From Eledone cirrhosa (taxonomy: Eukaryota): 64,000 bases of DNA. Below, one piece after another: positions 59,386 to 64,000 of the stretch. Location: the NCBI GenBank assembly GCA_964016885.1, contig OZ024751.1, forward strand, positions 20,956,001 to 21,020,000. Reading direction: 5' to 3'. The notes beneath the pieces are model-generated. The model made no database searches, had not been told where the DNA came from, and was given only the letters and a program-made list of their open reading frames with translations. A program made the position numbers and the translations under genes. The first letter of the stretch is position 1; each line of letters opens with the position of its first letter.

Positions 59386-59637
59386 ATAACACCACGAAAG
59401 GAGGAAAGGCAAAGATGAGCTCAATGGAATTTGGACTCAGAGTGTAGAGCGCCGGTACGAATACCACAGAGCATTTTACCCGACATTCTAACGTCTCTGT
59501 TTATTTCACTACCGTATACATTTCTAGATATATTTTCTGAAGAAACAAAGAAAAAAAAAACAATAAATAAATAAAAATAAAGATGGACATGGCTTGAATA
59601 ATTTTGATCATAGATGTGAGTTGCCCTTGGTCTACAC

Positions 59638-59864
59638 CAATGATTCTCAACCAATGTGCTGCGACACACAGGTGTGCCGCGAGATCTTCCTAAGTATGCC
59701 GCGAAATTTTGAACGGCACACGAAGAACAAAAAATATTATATATGAAACAGTTAATAAATATATATGAAAAATATTATTTTTCATATATATTTAGCCAGG
59801 TGTGACGCTATTTTTTCCTGTGTTACAAGGTGTGCCGCTGGCAAAAAAAGGTTGAGAACCACTG
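59638..59864. mobile_element. hAT (Charlie-like) MITE
   Basis: TIRs CAATGATTCTCAACC / GGTTGAGAACCACTG; subterminal GTGTGCCGC repeats; imperfect 8-bp TSD GTCTACAC/GTTTAAAC. Confidence 0.75.
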
Positions 59865-60148
59865 GTTTAAACCATGATAAACATGAACACATATTTTTTC
59901 CAACATACGCATGTATCACAAACACATTCACAAATACCTCAACACCCATCAAAAATAGAAAGGAAATCACAAAACAAGTGTCTTCTCTCTCAACAGAAGA
60001 AGTGCTAAAGGGAAAGATAGATAGACAGACAGATGGGGAAAGGGGGGAGATAGATAGATAGGTAGATAGAGAGAGAGATGTTATCAAATAATGTGTTTAC
60101 ATGAAATTATTTGAGTACAGATGTACCCCGGTTTAAAAACAATGGTAT

Positions 60149-60190
<42 letters not shown>

Positions 60191-60191
60191 G

Positions 60192-60224
<33 letters not shown>

Positions 60225-60292
60225 CATGCATAGATACATACATATATATATACACACATACATAGACATATGTATGTATGTGTCTATATATA

Positions 60293-60338
<46 letters not shown>

Positions 60339-60768
60339 ATCACACATATAGATGTTTATGCATAATTACACTCACACACCCACACACACCCACACATACT
60401 CACATACACACATATACACACACATACATAGACACACACACACACACGGTCAGTACGCTAGGTGTCTCCATGGTAGAGGACCATCATGTAATGAAATGTA
60501 AACATACATCATTCATTGCTGGAGGTCAAAGGTCAGGAGTCATCCGAAGTGGAGGGGGGTGGGGTGGGGGTGTTATTAAATATGAGGGTGGGGGGGTGGG
60601 GTCTAGAGATGTGTACGTATGGTGACAGCATTGGAGGCAGGAGTATGTGAAGGGAGGGATGGTGGCAGTATGTATATGTTGTGACAAACGAGAAACACAT
60701 TTAGTTAATCCTGCCATCCTTCACCACCAACCTCCCGCCACCAGTAGCAACACCACTACCTCCACCTC

Positions 60769-60799
<31 letters not shown>

Positions 60800-60942
60800 T
60801 GCACCACCAACAGCAGTAACATCACCACCTGCCGCCAAAACTGACTCCAATAACATCAACAACTGCACCACCACAAATGCCTACACCACCACCACCACCA
60901 CTAGATAGATAGGCATGTAGATAGATAGATAGATAGATAGAT

Positions 60943-61019
<77 letters not shown>

Positions 61020-61403
61020 GAGAGATAGAGGGATAGATAGATAGATTTCTTTATTTGCCACAAGGGCGCACAAGAAAAGGGGACAATACAAAGACATGCC
61101 GGGGATTTTACATACAGTCGTGTAAAAATATTTTCAACAAACAAATTTAACAATAGAAATCCCCAATAGGGGGAGGCGCCACAAATGGCTTGTTTAATAC
61201 CCCGTCGATAGAACAACCCTCAACTTCAGGAGCGTGTTGTGCAAGTGTTCCTTTCTTCCTTTTGCTCTCTAGATAGATAGATAAATTGATGGTATATAGA
61301 TAGAATGATCGATAAAGAGATCGATAGCTAGATAGATTAATACATAGACAGGTAGATAGATATATATATGGATAAATAGATAGATAAATAGATGGATAGA
61401 TAA

Positions 61404-61462
<59 letters not shown>

Positions 61463-61641
61463 TGTTTCTTTATTAGCCACAGGGGCACAAAAGATGGGGA
61501 CAAATACAAAGGGGGCAGATAGATAGATAGATAGGAAAATAGGTAGTTATATAGAGAGAAGAGAGACAGGTAGATAGATTGATAATAATAGAGATAGAAG
61601 GCGAGAGAGAGAGAGAGATACAGACAGCCAGGCAGGCAGAA

Positions 61642-61673
<32 letters not shown>

Positions 61674-61782
61674 GACAGACAGACAAACAGACATACAGAG
61701 ACAGCATAATGTGACATTGCTGGTGAATTCGTGTATATTGTTATTCATCATCAAGGTCTCACAAATAAAGAGCTCGGCTGCC

Positions 61783-61857
<75 letters not shown>

Positions 61858-62281
61858 GAGAGAGACATAGAAAGTGAGACAGACAGAGCAATAGTGAGAG
61901 AGAAAGAGAAAGAGAGAAAGAGAGACAGACAGAGAGGACTGACAGGCAGAGAAAGTGAGAGGGACAGAGAGAGAGAAAGGGAGAGACAAATGAGAGAAAT
62001 AGAGAGACAGACTGAGTGATAGAGAGAGAAAGATAAAGATAAAGAGAGAAAGACAGAGACAAAGTGAATGAAAGAGAGAGAGACAGGCAGACAGAGACCG
62101 ACAGACGGAGAAAGGGAGAAGGACAGAGAGAGAAAGAGAGAGACAAAGTGAGAGAAAGAGATAGACAGACAAAGCGATAGAGAGAGAAAGAGAGGAAAAG
62201 AGAGACAAAGTGAAAGAGAGAGAGAGAGAGAGCGTGAGAGATAGAGAGACAGACAGACAGACCGACAGATAAAGTGCGAGG

Positions 62282-62361
<80 letters not shown>

Positions 62362-62740
62362 AAGAGAGACAAGGAAACAGAGAAATAGAGAGAGAGAGAC
62401 AGACAGACAAAGAGAGACAGAGAAACAGAGAAACAGAGAGAGACAAAATGAAAGAGAGAGAGAGAGAGACAGAGAGACAGGGAGACAGGAGAGAGAGAGA
62501 CAAAGTGAAAGAGAGAGAGAGACAGAGAGAAAGAGAGACAGTGTTGGGTATTCTCGGGAGAATTTCTTTGTTTTACTGTAGACACCGATACCTTCAGATG
62601 CTGAGGAGCAAATTTGGTGATGGCGGCCATTTTGTCATGTGATACCTCCTAAATAGTTGCAATCCATCATGTGGTTATTTATGTTACATGTTTTCTCTGT
62701 GTTCATACTCACTTATATTCTTCTATGTATAAACACACGT

Positions 62741-62797
<57 letters not shown>

Positions 62798-63272
62798 GTG
62801 AAAGCAAACATTTTCTTACTTAAAGTTTTAATCTGTACTAATAATAAATATTGGCTCTACGGTTTTTATATATTTGATATATATTTATGCTTATCGAGAT
62901 ATATACATACATATATATTTAAAATTCAAAGGGATATATGTATATAATTAGACATAGTCACAGATACATATATGAGTGTGACTACCTTTCACGATGTGGG
63001 TCAATGAAGAATTAATTCAGCAAATAATTATTAATCAGAGCTATATATAAAATTGCAAGTTTGAAGAATTATTAGATAAAATATATACAGTATTTCCTCT
63101 CCCTAGTTCGTATAAATCAACCACATAAATAATCATTTAAACAAGACTATACGTTTAAAATGAAACTATGAAGAAATAATAGACAAATGATACAGACTAT
63201 CTCCGCGAGGGACGGTCAGATAAAATTTACCTAGTTATTCCTTTTAGCCCGTTGTCTGGAATGTATAGTCTT

Positions 63273-63355
63273 GCACGCGCTGATGAACCATAGACTATTC
63301 CATTTCAGTCAACAACCTCCTGGCGAAACAGATCTCTTTGAATTTGTACGCGTGT
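63273..63355 (+). ncRNA. Type I HHR with a true stem III, in pLTR 63180-63693
   Basis: GCACGCG-CTGATGA(63280)-ACCA...TGGC-GAAA(63325)-CAGAT..ATTTG-TA-CGCGTGT. Confidence 0.7.
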
Positions 63356-63484
63356 GTTATATAGTTATAGAGGTGCGTATATACATTGTAATTTATATTT
63401 TTAATTATTGTGTGTCTACCCTGCCTTCCATAGATTATAGATTCCATACACTGGTGGTTTTCCTGGTTTTATTGATGGCACACA

Positions 63485-63529
<45 letters not shown>

Positions 63530-63530
63530 A

Positions 63531-63581
<51 letters not shown>

Positions 63582-63688
63582 GTGTGTTACCTTTTCAACA
63601 TATTGTATTTTAAAGAACTCAGGATTCCTTTTCCTTTGAGCACATTATTGACAGGGAATAGCGAGAGTCTATGACTCCGTCAATTTAT

Positions 63689-63752
<64 letters not shown>

Positions 63753-63754
63753 AT

Positions 63755-63815
<61 letters not shown>

Positions 63816-64000
63816 ATAAATTGAATATATATATGTATATATAACGGTGATGAATTAGTTTTGTGAGGTTTTTGATATGAAATCGTGTGTCGAAACAAAT
63901 ATTGTTGTACAGAAAAAAATGAATGGAATAACAACAACACCGAAACAAACAACACTGACCTAAGAGAAGTATAAATAAATAAATAAATAAATAAATAAAT

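Overview
Repeat-saturated animal non-coding DNA. The SINE types and extreme (TA)n/(CA)n/(GA)n load suggest a cephalopod such as Octopus; this is inference. I can support no intact host gene, and nearly all ORFs in the track are microsatellite read-throughs. Identifiable elements: tRNA-derived SINEs; decayed LINE fragments (RTE, L1/Tx1, R4/Dong-type, CR1/Jockey-like); a mariner fragment; a hAT MITE; a Helitron; and a piggyBac-type MITE carrying a 2.5-kb 72-bp array. The main signal is at the RNA level. The short unique islands between (TA)n tracts are mostly fold-back, Penelope-like pLTR remnants carrying hammerhead ribozyme (HHR) motifs, about 15 dispersed type I-like copies. There is also a 3.7-kb array of a structured 310/311-bp HHR monomer (12 ribozymes, both strands, retrozyme-like) at 37291-40963. 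Finally, one family has hammerhead strands in a non-circularly permuted order with covarying stem I (22144-22215 +, 43585-43656 -, 15005-15060 -). All structures were read by eye; no folding or database search was run.
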